Sequence record: NZ_LC586267.2 | From: a plasmid | DNA length: 64,000 nt | Direction: 5' to 3' (one strand) | Shown: piece by piece, positions 35,250-45,240 of the stretch | Layout: each line of letters begins with the position of its first letter | How positions within the stretch are numbered: position 1 is the first letter of the stretch | The notes under the pieces: generated by a model | What the model was told of the DNA's origin: nothing | The model's database searches: none | What the model saw: only the letters and a program-made list of their open reading frames with translations | Made by a program: the position numbers and the translations under genes

Positions 35250-35653
35250 CCACCCCAACCGATAAGGATCTCGCCCAGCTGCTGCAGCCATTGCAGGAAA
35301 GCTTGGCGGGTATCAACCGTTCACTGCGTACGTTGGCCGATACCCGGCTGCTCGAAATCTTCGGCCCTGAGCTGTCAGACCGAAAGAAATGGACTGAGCA
35401 GTTGAAGCACGCGCACCAAGAGGATGACCAGGCGCTGTTTGATCTGCGTCAGGCCGGAGAACAGGGCCGATACCCAGGCGGATATGACCAATGGGTCAAA
35501 GACTTCGGCGAGGAAGAAGCCAAGAAGCTGGCAGCACCCGTGGTAAGCGCTTTGGAACATCGAAAAGTTACCTCGGCAGAACTGGCCGAGTTGGAAGCCG
35601 CTCAACCTCTCTTGGCGCGGTTGTATCGCGAATTCAGCAAACTGCAAGGCTGA
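35246..35653 (+). CDS. Hypothetical protein
   Basis: 135 aa, translationally coupled downstream. Confidence 0.35.
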   Translation: MTTPTDKDLAQLLQPLQESLAGINRSLRTLADTRLLEIFGPELSDRKKWTEQLKHAHQEDDQALFDLRQAGEQGRYPGGYDQWVKDFGEEEAKKLAAPVVSALEHRKVTSAELAELEAAQPLLARLYREFSKLQG

Positions 35654-35654
35654 T

Positions 35655-35910
35655 CCAGGTCCCTGGAGTGACGAATGGACCGGTCCCTAAAGTGACGAAT
35701 TGACTGACATTGCGCCCACGGGCTAGGCGGCTGGCCAGGCGCCCAACCCTCGCATTCGTCACTTCGGGGACCGGGAAACTATATCGTCACAAATGGGTAT
35801 ACCCCATATGGCACAGATATGCCCTGCCCTACCCCTTCGGCGCAGAAACAAAAAAAACACCCATTCTGATACACTGATTTGAGTACACCCATACTGATAC
35901 GGTATCCCCA
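35655..35910. promoter_or_regulatory. Putative res site / resolvase promoter
   Basis: Repeats of GTGACGAAT(G/T)GAC and inverted CATTCGTCACT immediately upstream of serine recombinase gene. Confidence 0.45.
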
Positions 35911-36546
35911 ATGTTCATCCGCGCTTACCTACGAGCTTCGACCGATGATCAAGACGCTAGCCGCGCCCGTGATCAGCTGGAAGCATTCGTCGCCGGCTTC
36001 GGCCTCGCCATTGCAGCCAGTTACATGGAGAACGCCAGCGGCTCGCATGCCAACCGACCCGAGCTGATCCGGCTATTGAAAGATTCAAGGCGGGGCGATG
36101 TGTTGCTGGTGGAGAGTATCGATCGACTATCGCGCATGGGTGATCAGGATTGGCGGGAACTCAAGGGCGCGATAGACCAGCGAGGTTTGCGTATCGTCGC
36201 CATCGATCTGCCGACCAGCCATCAGGGCATGACATTGCCCACCAACGATGAATTCACAGATCGCATGCTGTCGGCCATCAACTACATGATGATCGACATG
36301 ATGGCGGCAATTGCCCGTAAGGACTATCAGCAGCGCCGGGAGCGACAGCACCAGGGCATCGTCAAAGCAAAGGCGGCAGGTGTGTACAAGGGCCGGCCCG
36401 TGGACGAGGATCTGCGTAAGCGTGTGCGCGAGCTGCTGGGTGCCAACCTCGGGATCCGCGCCACGGCCCGCCATGCCAACTGTTCAACCACAACTGTCAT
36501 GCGTATTCGTGACGAGCTTTCAGTCGAGCCGGTCGGGAATGGTTGA
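35911..36546 (+). CDS. Serine recombinase (plasmid multimer resolvase)
   Basis: 211 aa; MFIRAYLRASTDDQD catalytic motif; C-terminal HTH. Confidence 0.8.
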   Translation: MFIRAYLRASTDDQDASRARDQLEAFVAGFGLAIAASYMENASGSHANRPELIRLLKDSRRGDVLLVESIDRLSRMGDQDWRELKGAIDQRGLRIVAIDLPTSHQGMTLPTNDEFTDRMLSAINYMMIDMMAAIARKDYQQRRERQHQGIVKAKAAGVYKGRPVDEDLRKRVRELLGANLGIRATARHANCSTTTVMRIRDELSVEPVGNG

Positions 36547-36699
36547 CTAGCGCAGGCGAAGCCGGAGTCTGTCAGCCATTCACGACTGGCCGCCGCCGGC
36601 CAGGCGACTTTGAGGCCCTAACAGCCAATGCAAATGGAGCAAGCGTTAGGAGATCATAAGAACCACGACTACAAGCCCTTGTAATACGCGGCCTGCAGG

Positions 36700-36960
36700 G
36701 CAGCACCTCGCTCATAGTATGCACGAACCTCCGATCATGATCCGTGAGCGACCATCGCTCACTATCTATGACCTACCCCTAGCTCATTATCCGTGAGCTA
36801 GGTTAGCTCACCGTATGAGCTACCCCCCCTCCATGAGCTACCCCTAGCTCATTGGTGAGAGATATCGCACAAGATTTGAGAGATAACGTGCAAGTATGAG
36901 CTACCCATCGCTCACCATATGAGCTAGGGTATGCGTGACTCATGAACGATATCTGACAAA
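36700..36960. repeat. Iteron array (putative oriV)
   Basis: Six or seven copies of inverted-repeat unit RTGAGCKA-N4-TAGCTCAY just upstream of rep. Confidence 0.6.
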
Positions 36961-37002
36961 TTTGCTCGATATCGATCAAGCAACAGCACTGTAGGAGGCC
37001 CA

Positions 37003-37560
37003 ATGGCCAGTGACAATAACGAGATCCGCGCCTATGCGCAGCCTGCCCAGCGCGGCACTTGGGTGCAGACTGAACGCGCTGGCCACGAAGCATGGGCCGC
37101 GTTGACAGCGCAGGCGCCCCGCGCCGCCCAGTTGATGCACATCCTGGTGCAGCACATGGACAAGCAAGGCGCGCTCATTATCAGCCAGGCCACGCTGGCC
37201 AAACTGATGGAAACATCGGTGGCCACCACAAAACGCGCTATCGCCATTCTGACCAAGCACAACTGGATCCAGACCATCAGCGTAGGTGGCCAACGGGGTG
37301 GCACGCTCGCTTATGTGGTGAACAGCCGCATCGCTTGGGCCGACAAGCGGGACAATCTGCAGTACGCCCTATTCAACGCACGGGTGCTGGTTTCGACAGA
37401 GGACCAGGCCGATTTGGGCGATGCCAAGCTCAAGCAGCTGCCAACGATGGAAGACGGCGACATTCAATTGCCTGCAGGCCCTGGCATGGACCCACCCGCC
37501 CAGGAATCGCTGGACGGCATGTTGCCTGATATGCCGTCGATTCCACACAGCAACAGCTAA
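37003..37560 (+). CDS. rep: Putative replication initiator (small winged-helix Rep)
   Basis: 185-aa ORF immediately downstream of iterons; SD GGAGG. Confidence 0.5.
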   Translation: MASDNNEIRAYAQPAQRGTWVQTERAGHEAWAALTAQAPRAAQLMHILVQHMDKQGALIISQATLAKLMETSVATTKRAIAILTKHNWIQTISVGGQRGGTLAYVVNSRIAWADKRDNLQYALFNARVLVSTEDQADLGDAKLKQLPTMEDGDIQLPAGPGMDPPAQESLDGMLPDMPSIPHSNS

Positions 37561-37588
37561 CCGCGATCATCATTCAGGGAGATTCACG

Positions 37589-37879
37589 ATGCCACAGCCA
37601 AGCAACAGGACTTTCGAAGAACAGGAGCTGCACGCCAAGGCCCAATGCTTCGACTGGAACAGCGATTACCCACATGGCGCCTTGGTCAGCTACGAAGAAC
37701 TGTATGGCCAGGGTGAAACGCACCGCGACGAAACGCGAGGCAAAGCGTGGGTGATGTGTGGCCAAGCCGTGATTTTTGTTGCCGGTTTGTCCGGTGCGGT
37801 ATCGCTCGACCACTGCACCGTCGTTGCGGCCCTGGAGGCCAAGCAAGAACCGGCAGCTGGGGAAGTCGATCATGTCTGA
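37589..37879 (+). CDS. Hypothetical protein
   Basis: 96 aa from ATG 37589 with SD AGGGAG. Confidence 0.35.
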   Translation: MPQPSNRTFEEQELHAKAQCFDWNSDYPHGALVSYEELYGQGETHRDETRGKAWVMCGQAVIFVAGLSGAVSLDHCTVVAALEAKQEPAAGEVDHV

Positions 37880-38417
37880 CGAGCGCTATGCACAGCTGCA
37901 GCGGACGCTGATCGAATCCGCCAAGCAGCACCTGGTCGAGCTGACCGGTGCCTTGGCGCTGCCCAACGGCGTGGACCGCAATGAGGGTGTTTCTTCGGCC
38001 TGGTGGCAACTGACCGCCCTCACCCAGCTGACCAACTTCGACAGCGGACTGGACGAGGCGACCAAGCATGAACTGCGTGCCATCGATCAGTTAGCCATCC
38101 AGGCGACAACTCAGCCGGTAGACAAGGCACTGGTGGCCAGCGAGGCAGACAGTGAAATTGCAGCTGCGTTGGCTGATCCCACCAGCTCGCACTGGTTTAG
38201 GCACAGCTTGCAGCAAGCGTTACCGCGTGATCCGGTGGATGCGGTCAATGATGCCGAGTGGCTTTTCGAGTTGTTGAACAAGCGCTGCGTGGCCCAGCTG
38301 CAGGACGATCCTGCACCGCCAATGAACATGGCGTTTCGTACGGCTGATGGTCGCACCACGCAGATCGACATTGCACAGGCTACGCCAGTCATCGAGCTTG
38401 GCGACTTCAAGGCCTGA
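37872..38417 (+). CDS. Hypothetical protein
   Basis: 181 aa; overlaps previous stop; followed by terminator. Confidence 0.4.
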   Translation: MSDERYAQLQRTLIESAKQHLVELTGALALPNGVDRNEGVSSAWWQLTALTQLTNFDSGLDEATKHELRAIDQLAIQATTQPVDKALVASEADSEIAAALADPTSSHWFRHSLQQALPRDPVDAVNDAEWLFELLNKRCVAQLQDDPAPPMNMAFRTADGRTTQIDIAQATPVIELGDFKA

Positions 38418-38431
38418 TTTAGCCAGGCCCC

Positions 38432-38480
38432 AAAAAGACGAAACCCGCAGCACGGCAATGCTTGCGGGTTTCTAGGTTTT
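38432..38480 (+). terminator. Rho-independent terminator
   Basis: AAACCCGCAGCACGGCAATGCTTGCGGGTTTCTAGGTTTTT. Confidence 0.6.
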
Positions 38481-38556
38481 TGCGAAGGAGCAAAAATCCA
38501 CCTGCTCATTGTACATCGAGCACGGGAGATTTCACAGCGACACGGAGGAAGCAGCT

Positions 38557-39828
38557 ATGGCAGATCAACGGTATGCGGTAAGCATCGGGCTTGGCGAAAA
38601 GGCCGAGCAGTATTCGGAGGCTTACCAGACCCAGCCAAGCTATGCGGTGCAGTGGAAAGGCGTGCTGCAGAAGGCACACGGCCATGCCCTGGTCCGCTGC
38701 CTGTGCCCAGGCAAAGGCACGCGGAGGTTGGCCGTACGGCACAGGTCAGATAAGGATTCTTTCCACCTATCCCGCTATCCCCACACCGGCGCCGAGCATG
38801 CGCTTGATTGCCTGTACTACTCGCCCGACCCCGACAAGTCGGGCTTAGGCGCCTACAGCAAAGGCGTGGTCGAGGAAACCAAGGACGGTGACCTCAAGGT
38901 CAAACTCACCCTATCGCTGCGCAAGAAGGATCCGGCAGAAGTTCAGCCGATGGAGGGCACCGCCCCTGCCCCATCAAGCGGAAAGCCCACGAAGCCGGCG
39001 ATGACCTTGGGTGGCCTGCTGCATCTGCTATGGAGCGAAGCGGGCCTCAATCAGTGGGTGCCAGGCATGGCCGGCAAGCGCGGCCTCGGGCTGATTCACA
39101 GTCGGCTGCAGCAAGCTGCCGACCGCATGCTGGCTTCGCGCATGAGGATTGGCGATGCCCTGGTCATTGCGACGAACTCAGCTGGCCAGCAGGCCGACGC
39201 CAACAGCCTCAAGGTGGCCAGCGCAATGAGGAACAGCCGCCGCTTGGTCGTCATTGCCCCGCTGGCCGGCTACTCCGAGGAACGCGAGCAGACCATGGAC
39301 CGGTACATCACCATCACCGGCTTCAACGGCATTCCGCGTCTGTTCACTGACGGCGATCTTTGGCAGAGAACCGCCCGGAGCTACGAGGCTGCGTTGCGCG
39401 GTTGGCGTGAAGGGCGGCGCGTCATCGCTATTGTTCAGACCGATCAGCCCACCTCAGCCAGCAAAGCCCAAGCGCTCAACGTCGCCCTGATGGTCGTCAG
39501 TGATGAATGGATCCCCATTGAATCTGGCTACGAGGGTGTGATCGAGGCGCTGTTGCGCGAGCAAGGGCGCCGGTTCATCAAGCCCATGCGTTTCGATGCT
39601 GGGCAGGAGCAGGTCTTTCCCGATTTCTGGCTGATGGACGTCGGCGCCGGCAGAGAGGTGCCGATGGAAGTGTATGGCCGTCAGGATCCGAAGTACCTGG
39701 CCCGCAAGCAGGTCAAGTGCGCCTACTACGCCCAGCACTACGGGCCGACCGGGTGGTGGTCTTGGGATGCCAGTTCAGACCCGCGTGGCCTGAACATTCC
39801 AGCCTTCCCACCAGCTCGGCATCCGTAG
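38557..39828 (+). CDS. Conserved hypothetical protein (possibly DUF1173-like)
   Basis: 423 aa from ATG 38557 with GGAGGA SD; Cys-rich N-terminus; domain assignment from memory only. Confidence 0.4.
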   Translation: MADQRYAVSIGLGEKAEQYSEAYQTQPSYAVQWKGVLQKAHGHALVRCLCPGKGTRRLAVRHRSDKDSFHLSRYPHTGAEHALDCLYYSPDPDKSGLGAYSKGVVEETKDGDLKVKLTLSLRKKDPAEVQPMEGTAPAPSSGKPTKPAMTLGGLLHLLWSEAGLNQWVPGMAGKRGLGLIHSRLQQAADRMLASRMRIGDALVIATNSAGQQADANSLKVASAMRNSRRLVVIAPLAGYSEEREQTMDRYITITGFNGIPRLFTDGDLWQRTARSYEAALRGWREGRRVIAIVQTDQPTSASKAQALNVALMVVSDEWIPIESGYEGVIEALLREQGRRFIKPMRFDAGQEQVFPDFWLMDVGAGREVPMEVYGRQDPKYLARKQVKCAYYAQHYGPTGWWSWDASSDPRGLNIPAFPPARHP

Positions 39829-39829
39829 C

Positions 39830-40579
39830 ATGGCGACCGTCGACTGGGAGCTTGTGGGGCAAGCCCGGTGGTACGACTGCAAACTGGGCAAGCTCAAGGA
39901 TGTTGAGCTTGCCCGTTTGATCGGGTCCACCCCGCACAGGATCCGGCGCCGCCGTGAGCAACTTGGGATTGCGCCCTGGTCGGTCGGCCAGATGATAGAA
40001 CCCTACAAGAATCTGCTGGGATTTGCCCCCGACAGTGCAATCGCTGCGCGTTGTGGCGTCACCAACAAAAGTGTCAAAGCCTACCGCGAGTCGCTGGGCA
40101 TTCTGCCGGTGTTCCGGCCCGCACCCCGCAAACAGGTGTTGCCGCTCAGTCATGACCTGCGGCCCTACAAATCGCTCTTTGGCTATGTCAGTGACCAGGA
40201 GATTGCCCGGTTGGCCAGCGTCGATCTGGCCATGGTTCAGGAAGTCCGCGAAGGACTGGGCTTTGAACCTGTGCAACCAATACCTGGTGACAGCCCCCCT
40301 ACTCCCATTCCCGACTACCACGGCCCCTGGTTGGGTTATGAGTCACTGTTGGCGACCATGACCCCGACTGAAATTTGCCGGCAGGTTGGCGTGCCGTACC
40401 CAGTGATTGTGCAGCGCTGCGCTTTCTTGGGTATTCAACCCTATAAGCGTGTGTCTGTAGCGTCCCGCTACGACCACCTGTTAGGGAAGGTGCCAGATGC
40501 GTTGGTGGCCAAGCTTGCCGGAGTATCCCGTGCGAGCATTGGCGTACGCCGCAAGCGGCTGGCCAGCCGCAAAAGCTGA
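39830..40579 (+). CDS. Protein of five tandem sigma-70-region-4-like HTH repeats (paralog of 19741..20226)
   Basis: 249 aa; repeat LGxxxDxxIAxxxGVxxxxVxxxRxxLGI five times. Confidence 0.45.
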   Translation: MATVDWELVGQARWYDCKLGKLKDVELARLIGSTPHRIRRRREQLGIAPWSVGQMIEPYKNLLGFAPDSAIAARCGVTNKSVKAYRESLGILPVFRPAPRKQVLPLSHDLRPYKSLFGYVSDQEIARLASVDLAMVQEVREGLGFEPVQPIPGDSPPTPIPDYHGPWLGYESLLATMTPTEICRQVGVPYPVIVQRCAFLGIQPYKRVSVASRYDHLLGKVPDALVAKLAGVSRASIGVRRKRLASRKS

Positions 40580-40595
40580 TTCTCGCACGCGAGAA

Positions 40596-41879
40596 TTACC
40601 GGCATTGTACCTTCCACAGCTGGTCCCAGCTGGTCATGTAACTGGGGCTTAGCAATGCTCGCCGCATGCCCCAATCCGGCGTCAGCGGGACAGCGGCAGT
40701 CCGCAAACAGTCGTGGCCCCATCGGCGGTTGATCTTGTCCATGGTAGCCATCAGAGCGTCCGAGCGCTCGGGTTGGCTCGGGCTGAACAGGTCCTGCGTG
40801 TACTCCCCCCGCTTGCGCAGATCCATCAGCAGCACCTCGGCCTTGCTGTAAGCAAAGCCGGGCCGATAGATCTCCCCTACCGCCTGCAGCGCGTATTTGG
40901 TCAGCTGCCGAACGTCATCCGTTGGGTATGCGGGTATGCAGGAGGCCGCGTTGGCGTACTTCGGCCCGTCGCCATGGAATGAAGTCTGGATGCCGATGCG
41001 CAGGGCACCGCACAGCGAGCGCTGCCGGCGCAGCTTCTCCGCGGCGCGGTGAATGTAGGTCGCCAGCGCCTCCTGCAGGCCCTGGAGCGTATGCACACGC
41101 TGGCCAAACATCCTGCTTGAGCAGATCGATTGCTTGGCAGGCGTGGACTGTTCAAGGTCCATGCAGGATTCGCCCTGCAGCTCCCTGATGGTCCGTTCAA
41201 GCACAACGCTGTACTTGCGGCCCATCGCTCGCGCTTCGGCCTGCGACAGCTCCCAGGCCGTGCTTATTCCGTCGCGGGCCAGGTTGTCACGCATACGGCG
41301 ACCGATCCCCCACACTTCATCAACCGGCATTCGCCGGAGCAGCCATTCGACCGCCTCGGGCTTGCGCAGGTCGACCACGCCGCCTGTTTTCTCTCGCCAC
41401 ACTTTCGAGGCGTGCTGCGCCGCCTTTGCCAGGGTCTTCGTGTGGCCGATGCCTACTCCTACCGGTAGGGCAGTCCACTGCAGCACTCGGGCTTGAATCG
41501 CCCGGCCTACATCAATGATCGGCTCAGGTAGCCCGTCGAGTCGCACGAACAGTTCGTCAATCGAATACCGTTCCCAGTCCGGTACCAGGGATTCGATGGC
41601 CACACCCACGCGATGACTCAGCTCGCCATACAAGGTGTAATTGCTGCTGAAAACGGCGACGCCGTTCTGCTCCAAGAAGCCGCGCACCTTGAAGTAGGGG
41701 TCCCCCATCTTCAACCCAAGGGCTTTCGCCTCGTTCGTACGAGCCACGATGCAACCGTCCGAGTTGCTCAAAACAACGACTGGGCGTTGCCGCAGCTCCG
41801 GTCTGAAAATGCGCTCACAGCTGCAGTAGAACGAGTTCACATCCACCAGGCCGAAGACGGGCCGAGGTTCACTGTGCAT
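40596..41879 (-). CDS. umuC: Y-family error-prone DNA polymerase subunit UmuC/RulB
   Basis: 427 aa; N-terminal VDVNSFYCSCE... motif. Confidence 0.9.
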   Translation of the reverse strand: MHSEPRPVFGLVDVNSFYCSCERIFRPELRQRPVVVLSNSDGCIVARTNEAKALGLKMGDPYFKVRGFLEQNGVAVFSSNYTLYGELSHRVGVAIESLVPDWERYSIDELFVRLDGLPEPIIDVGRAIQARVLQWTALPVGVGIGHTKTLAKAAQHASKVWREKTGGVVDLRKPEAVEWLLRRMPVDEVWGIGRRMRDNLARDGISTAWELSQAEARAMGRKYSVVLERTIRELQGESCMDLEQSTPAKQSICSSRMFGQRVHTLQGLQEALATYIHRAAEKLRRQRSLCGALRIGIQTSFHGDGPKYANAASCIPAYPTDDVRQLTKYALQAVGEIYRPGFAYSKAEVLLMDLRKRGEYTQDLFSPSQPERSDALMATMDKINRRWGHDCLRTAAVPLTPDWGMRRALLSPSYMTSWDQLWKVQCR

Positions 41880-42297
41880 GCTGCGTGAGATCCCAAGTCA
41901 CGACCCCGAACACCTCGATGGTGCCGTACTCGCTGGGCGCGATGCTCTTGTACGCGGGGTTAGCCGATTCAAGAATCCAGCCTGCCGGCGACCTGGCCAG
42001 CCGCTTCACCAGCGGCTGGTTGTCGACGTAGGCCAGCACGATATGCCCAGCGCTGGGCGTGATCGAGCGGTCGACCACCAGGCGGCTCCCGTCGAAGATG
42101 CCGGCATCGCGCATGCTGTCGCCTTCTACCTGGACGATCCAGACATGCGGGGCGCGGATGTTCATCAGTTCATCCAGGGAAAGTGGTGGCTCGTAATAGT
42201 CAGCTGCTGGACTCGGAAAGCCGCCTGCAGCACAGCCGGCAAGCACCTGCAGCAGCTGATCGGAAGCCGCGAGGGGGAGGGGAGTAAGCGCGTTCAT
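41869..42297 (-). CDS. umuD: UmuD/RulA LexA-like self-cleaving protein
   Basis: 142 aa; S24 peptidase Ser (GDSM) and Lys (KRL). Confidence 0.9.
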   Translation of the reverse strand: MNALTPLPLAASDQLLQVLAGCAAGGFPSPAADYYEPPLSLDELMNIRAPHVWIVQVEGDSMRDAGIFDGSRLVVDRSITPSAGHIVLAYVDNQPLVKRLARSPAGWILESANPAYKSIAPSEYGTIEVFGVVTWDLTQHAQ

Positions 42298-42310
42298 AAG
42301 GCACCGTGAA

Positions 42311-42328
42311 TTACTGTATCCATATACA
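42311..42328. promoter_or_regulatory. LexA (SOS) box upstream of umuDC
   Basis: TACTGTATCCATATACAGTA, CTGT-N8-ACAG. Confidence 0.65.
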
Positions 42329-43844
42329 GTAATTCAGGTCGAGCGATGCGGCTAGAGCCGCTGGTATAAAAGGCTCAGCCCGCACCAGCGAAGGTATAGT
42401 CGTTCTCGGTCATGGTGTTCGTGCAAACCTGGTAACGAACTGCCTATGATAGGCGCTGCTACGCACCGAACGCCGAATTCACCGGCGAAGTCGGCGGCGA
42501 ATTTCGGGCACAAAAAAACCGCCTGGACGGGCGGTTCGTTTGTGCGAATCGAATGGACGTTCGTTTCGCGGTTCGCTGATAGCGTCAACAAGGCCGATAG
42601 TAAATACAGTGGTACTGGTTGCGCAATAGCCGAACAGCGACCGGCGCAATGATCAAAATTGATCATCGGAAGATTCACCGAAGCGCCGAGTAAAGCGATC
42701 ATCATTTTGGCTAACGCAATTTTTTTGGGAGTTTGAGCGAATATGCCCAGTTTATCAGCCTGTTGCCGCCACCTAGCGGCATTGCTGGGCATCGTCAAGC
42801 CCCCGTCGTCATTCGGAAAAATAAACTTCACAAACGCGTAAAAAGGCTTTTTTCGGTCATGGTTTTTGCGGTATGAAGTAGAGCACCGGGCGGCTTGCTG
42901 CCTTGGGGGGCCTTTCCACCGCGTCTGGACAACGCGCCGGGAATGGAGAGGGCCGATGAACACTCTGGTTCGCTGATAGCGTCAACACCCTTACGGGGCT
43001 GATCAGTGAAACCGTTGCACTGTCCGGTAAGTGCGGCGGGCCAGGGACCTACCTTTTTGGGGGTTCTATGAAAACGCTAAAGCGTCTCATAGAGGTGGTC
43101 AACGTGGCTGATTTCCTGGCCAAGCTGACAAACGTGTACAGGGCCTGGCTCTGGATTCGTGACCACCTTGATTGATTAGTAACACAGCTGTAGGCCCCGC
43201 TACTCGATGGCGGGGCTTTTTTTTGCCCGCTGGGGGGCCGATGCCGGCGAGCGAGCCGGATCACAGGCAAAAGAAAACCCGCGTTGGCCAGGCCGCAGCG
43301 GGTTCCTCCGTCAGTCAGGTGTTAGCCGTTCCAACTATCGCGGATCCACTCAACCAGGAGCTTTGCAACAACCTGGATGGTGAGATCTTTAAGGAATTTA
43401 TGCATTCCAAGGACCCTCACGGTGCGGGCCTCTGTCTCTATCGCAGCTTTTCCGGAACACAGGCCGACGACGAGATAGCAAGTCAGATGATCTCTGCGAG
43501 ACGCGGGCGGGGCTGATGTTAACCAGGGATCAAATCCGCGCGGATTCCTAGGCCCGCGTCCCCAGCAGTGTTTTGAATCTTTAGAACGGGGCACCCCACC
43601 CGGTACAAACATGCCACAAACGACTGCCCGCGATATTACCGGCTCCGCTGTCGCTGTGCCATCACAAAAGGGGGCTGACCAGGCTTTTTTTGGGCGAAAA
43701 AAAACCGCCGTAGGAGGGCGGTTTTCTTCGGCATCGCGGTTAGGAGCCGCTTTGCCAGGTCTCGCAAAGATCATCTGACTGGGTTAATAGTCGCAAGAGT
43801 TGACAGGTATGGCAACTATTTTTTGAGCAATCCACCAGTAAACG

Positions 43845-44330
43845 CTGGGGGAAACGAGCCAGCGCGCCACGGGCGTGCCCCCATCCGGGGGGCGGCTGTC
43901 GTGAACCAAGCCCCGGCCAGAAGCACGCCGGGTCTTGGCCCTTCGGGCTTCCATCCTCACGCCTCCGGCCTTCGGCCTGCGCGCTCCGCTTGCCGGTCGT
44001 TCCATGGCAACCACTGCGGCTAGCTCAGCAACCATCGGTAGGAAGCGGACGCCCCAATGGCCTATCCGCCACCAGGCCTTGCCTGCAAGGGGCTTTCGCG
44101 GCATATCCTCACTCGCTGCGCTCCCTGCGGTATTCCACGGTCCCCTTGCACGCGGCCTGGCTCTGGATAGTCCTGGCTTACCGCGTCCTACCGAAGGCTG
44201 CCGAGCAGATCCACCCAGCGGTGGCGCGCTTCCATTCCCAAAGAGCAGGGCGGCATCCGCTTCGCGGCTGCTGCTTTGAAAAGCGTTTGTTTCCCGCGCC
44301 CAAACGCTCGGCATTAAAGCAGATCTGCAA
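43845..44330 (+). repeat. Copy 1 of about 480-bp noncoding GC-rich repeat element
   Basis: Near-identical to 52262..52715; begins GCGTGCCCCC...GGCGGCTGTCGTGAACCAAGCC; contains GCCC-TTCG-GGC and GGCC-TTCG-GCC tetraloop hairpins; ends ...GGCATTAAAGCAG. Confidence 0.7.
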
Positions 44331-44364
44331 GAGCGCCTGCGGTCAAGCGCTCTGGACAGTTGAT

Positions 44365-44688
44365 TCAGCCGATGAATACACGCACCAGGGGGCTGTCGAG
44401 AATGGAGACGTGCCGTGACAGCAAGCAGGCAAAAAGCCCCAGCGTGATCAGCGTATAGACGTAGCGGCGTTTTCTCTCCGGCGTCAGATCATCAGGGCTA
44501 TCCGTCAACGCGGGGAACTCGCCATTTATGCCCTTGGGCACCATGACCAGGAACGCGAATAACACATAGTCCCAGCCAGTGAATCCAGGGTAGGGGGAAT
44601 GTAGCGATGCCCACGCGGCGACGCCCACCCATACCGCCCAAGCGAGGGCGTAACGCGGCCTTTTGGTCATGCAAGCGATGTTTTCCAT
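44365..44688 (-). CDS. Hypothetical membrane protein
   Basis: 107 aa, 3 predicted TM segments. Confidence 0.3.
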   Translation of the reverse strand: MENIACMTKRPRYALAWAVWVGVAAWASLHSPYPGFTGWDYVLFAFLVMVPKGINGEFPALTDSPDDLTPERKRRYVYTLITLGLFACLLSRHVSILDSPLVRVFIG

Positions 44689-44717
44689 GTGCGTATTACT
44701 CCTTGTGTGGATGGTGC

Positions 44718-45011
44718 CTATTTCACGTAATAGCAGGGGTCTTGGGCACGGGCAGCTTTGGTTTTACCAGGTAGCTTGGCCATTGCCTCAGCCAGATCTC
44801 GCCAAGGAAACTGATGGTTTGGGGTTTGAAGGCTGCACCCGTATCCATGCACAAATATTCTGTCCGGCTCACTGGCTCGGGTTGCCATTCCGCATTCCTG
44901 GCAGGAAATGTCATCGCCAGAAAGTACCCATAGACGCGACCAGTCACGCAGTCTGTTGCTAAGGCTAATTCTCGGCATGGGCCTAACCTTTCCGCGTGGC
45001 CGAGCGACCAT
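44718..45011 (-). CDS. Hypothetical small protein with CxxC pairs
   Basis: 97 aa; CQEC...GYGC. Confidence 0.25.
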   Translation of the reverse strand: MVARPRGKVRPMPRISLSNRLRDWSRLWVLSGDDISCQECGMATRASEPDRIFVHGYGCSLQTPNHQFPWRDLAEAMAKLPGKTKAARAQDPCYYVK

Positions 45012-45240
45012 CTTTCCAGGTCATCCAGTAAAAAATGGCGATGCCCACAATGGCGCCGATAGGCCCAGCGCGCTCTATCCATGGGACTGAAACGGTAGGT
45101 AAGGCCAGGTTAAGGCCGATCACAATCATGGTGGCAACGAGCCACCCAAAGCCAGCTGCCACGGGTGTGAGCAAAATCCTTTTGACGATCAGATCCGTGT
45201 TCATAGCGACTCCTTTTGGGTTGTTAGTGTGCCGGTTCAA
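44983..45240 (-). CDS. Hypothetical membrane protein
   Basis: 85 aa, 2 TM. Confidence 0.3.
   Translation of the reverse strand: MNRHTNNPKGVAMNTDLIVKRILLTPVAAGFGWLVATMIVIGLNLALPTVSVPWIERAGPIGAIVGIAIFYWMTWKDGRSATRKG

Noticed and set aside
40580..40595. Operator copy between the convergent stops of the HTH-repeat gene and umuC as a promoter element
   Set aside because: No downstream gene start on either side. Kept as an operator occurrence, possibly a roadblock or terminator-like site, but not annotated as a promoter.
43069..43176. 35-aa ORF MKTLKRLIEVVNVADFLAKLTNVYRAWLWIRDHLD as a gene feature
   Set aside because: Too short to call with confidence, although it has an RBS and terminator. Mentioned only in a finding.
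43784..44314. ORFs 43784..44314(-), 43935..44279(+), 51763..52758(-) and 52260..52748(+) inside the ~480-bp repeat copies
   Set aside because: They lie inside an identical repeated noncoding element. Translations are Arg/Pro/Ala-rich with no start context, so coding in the same frame in both copies is unlikely.
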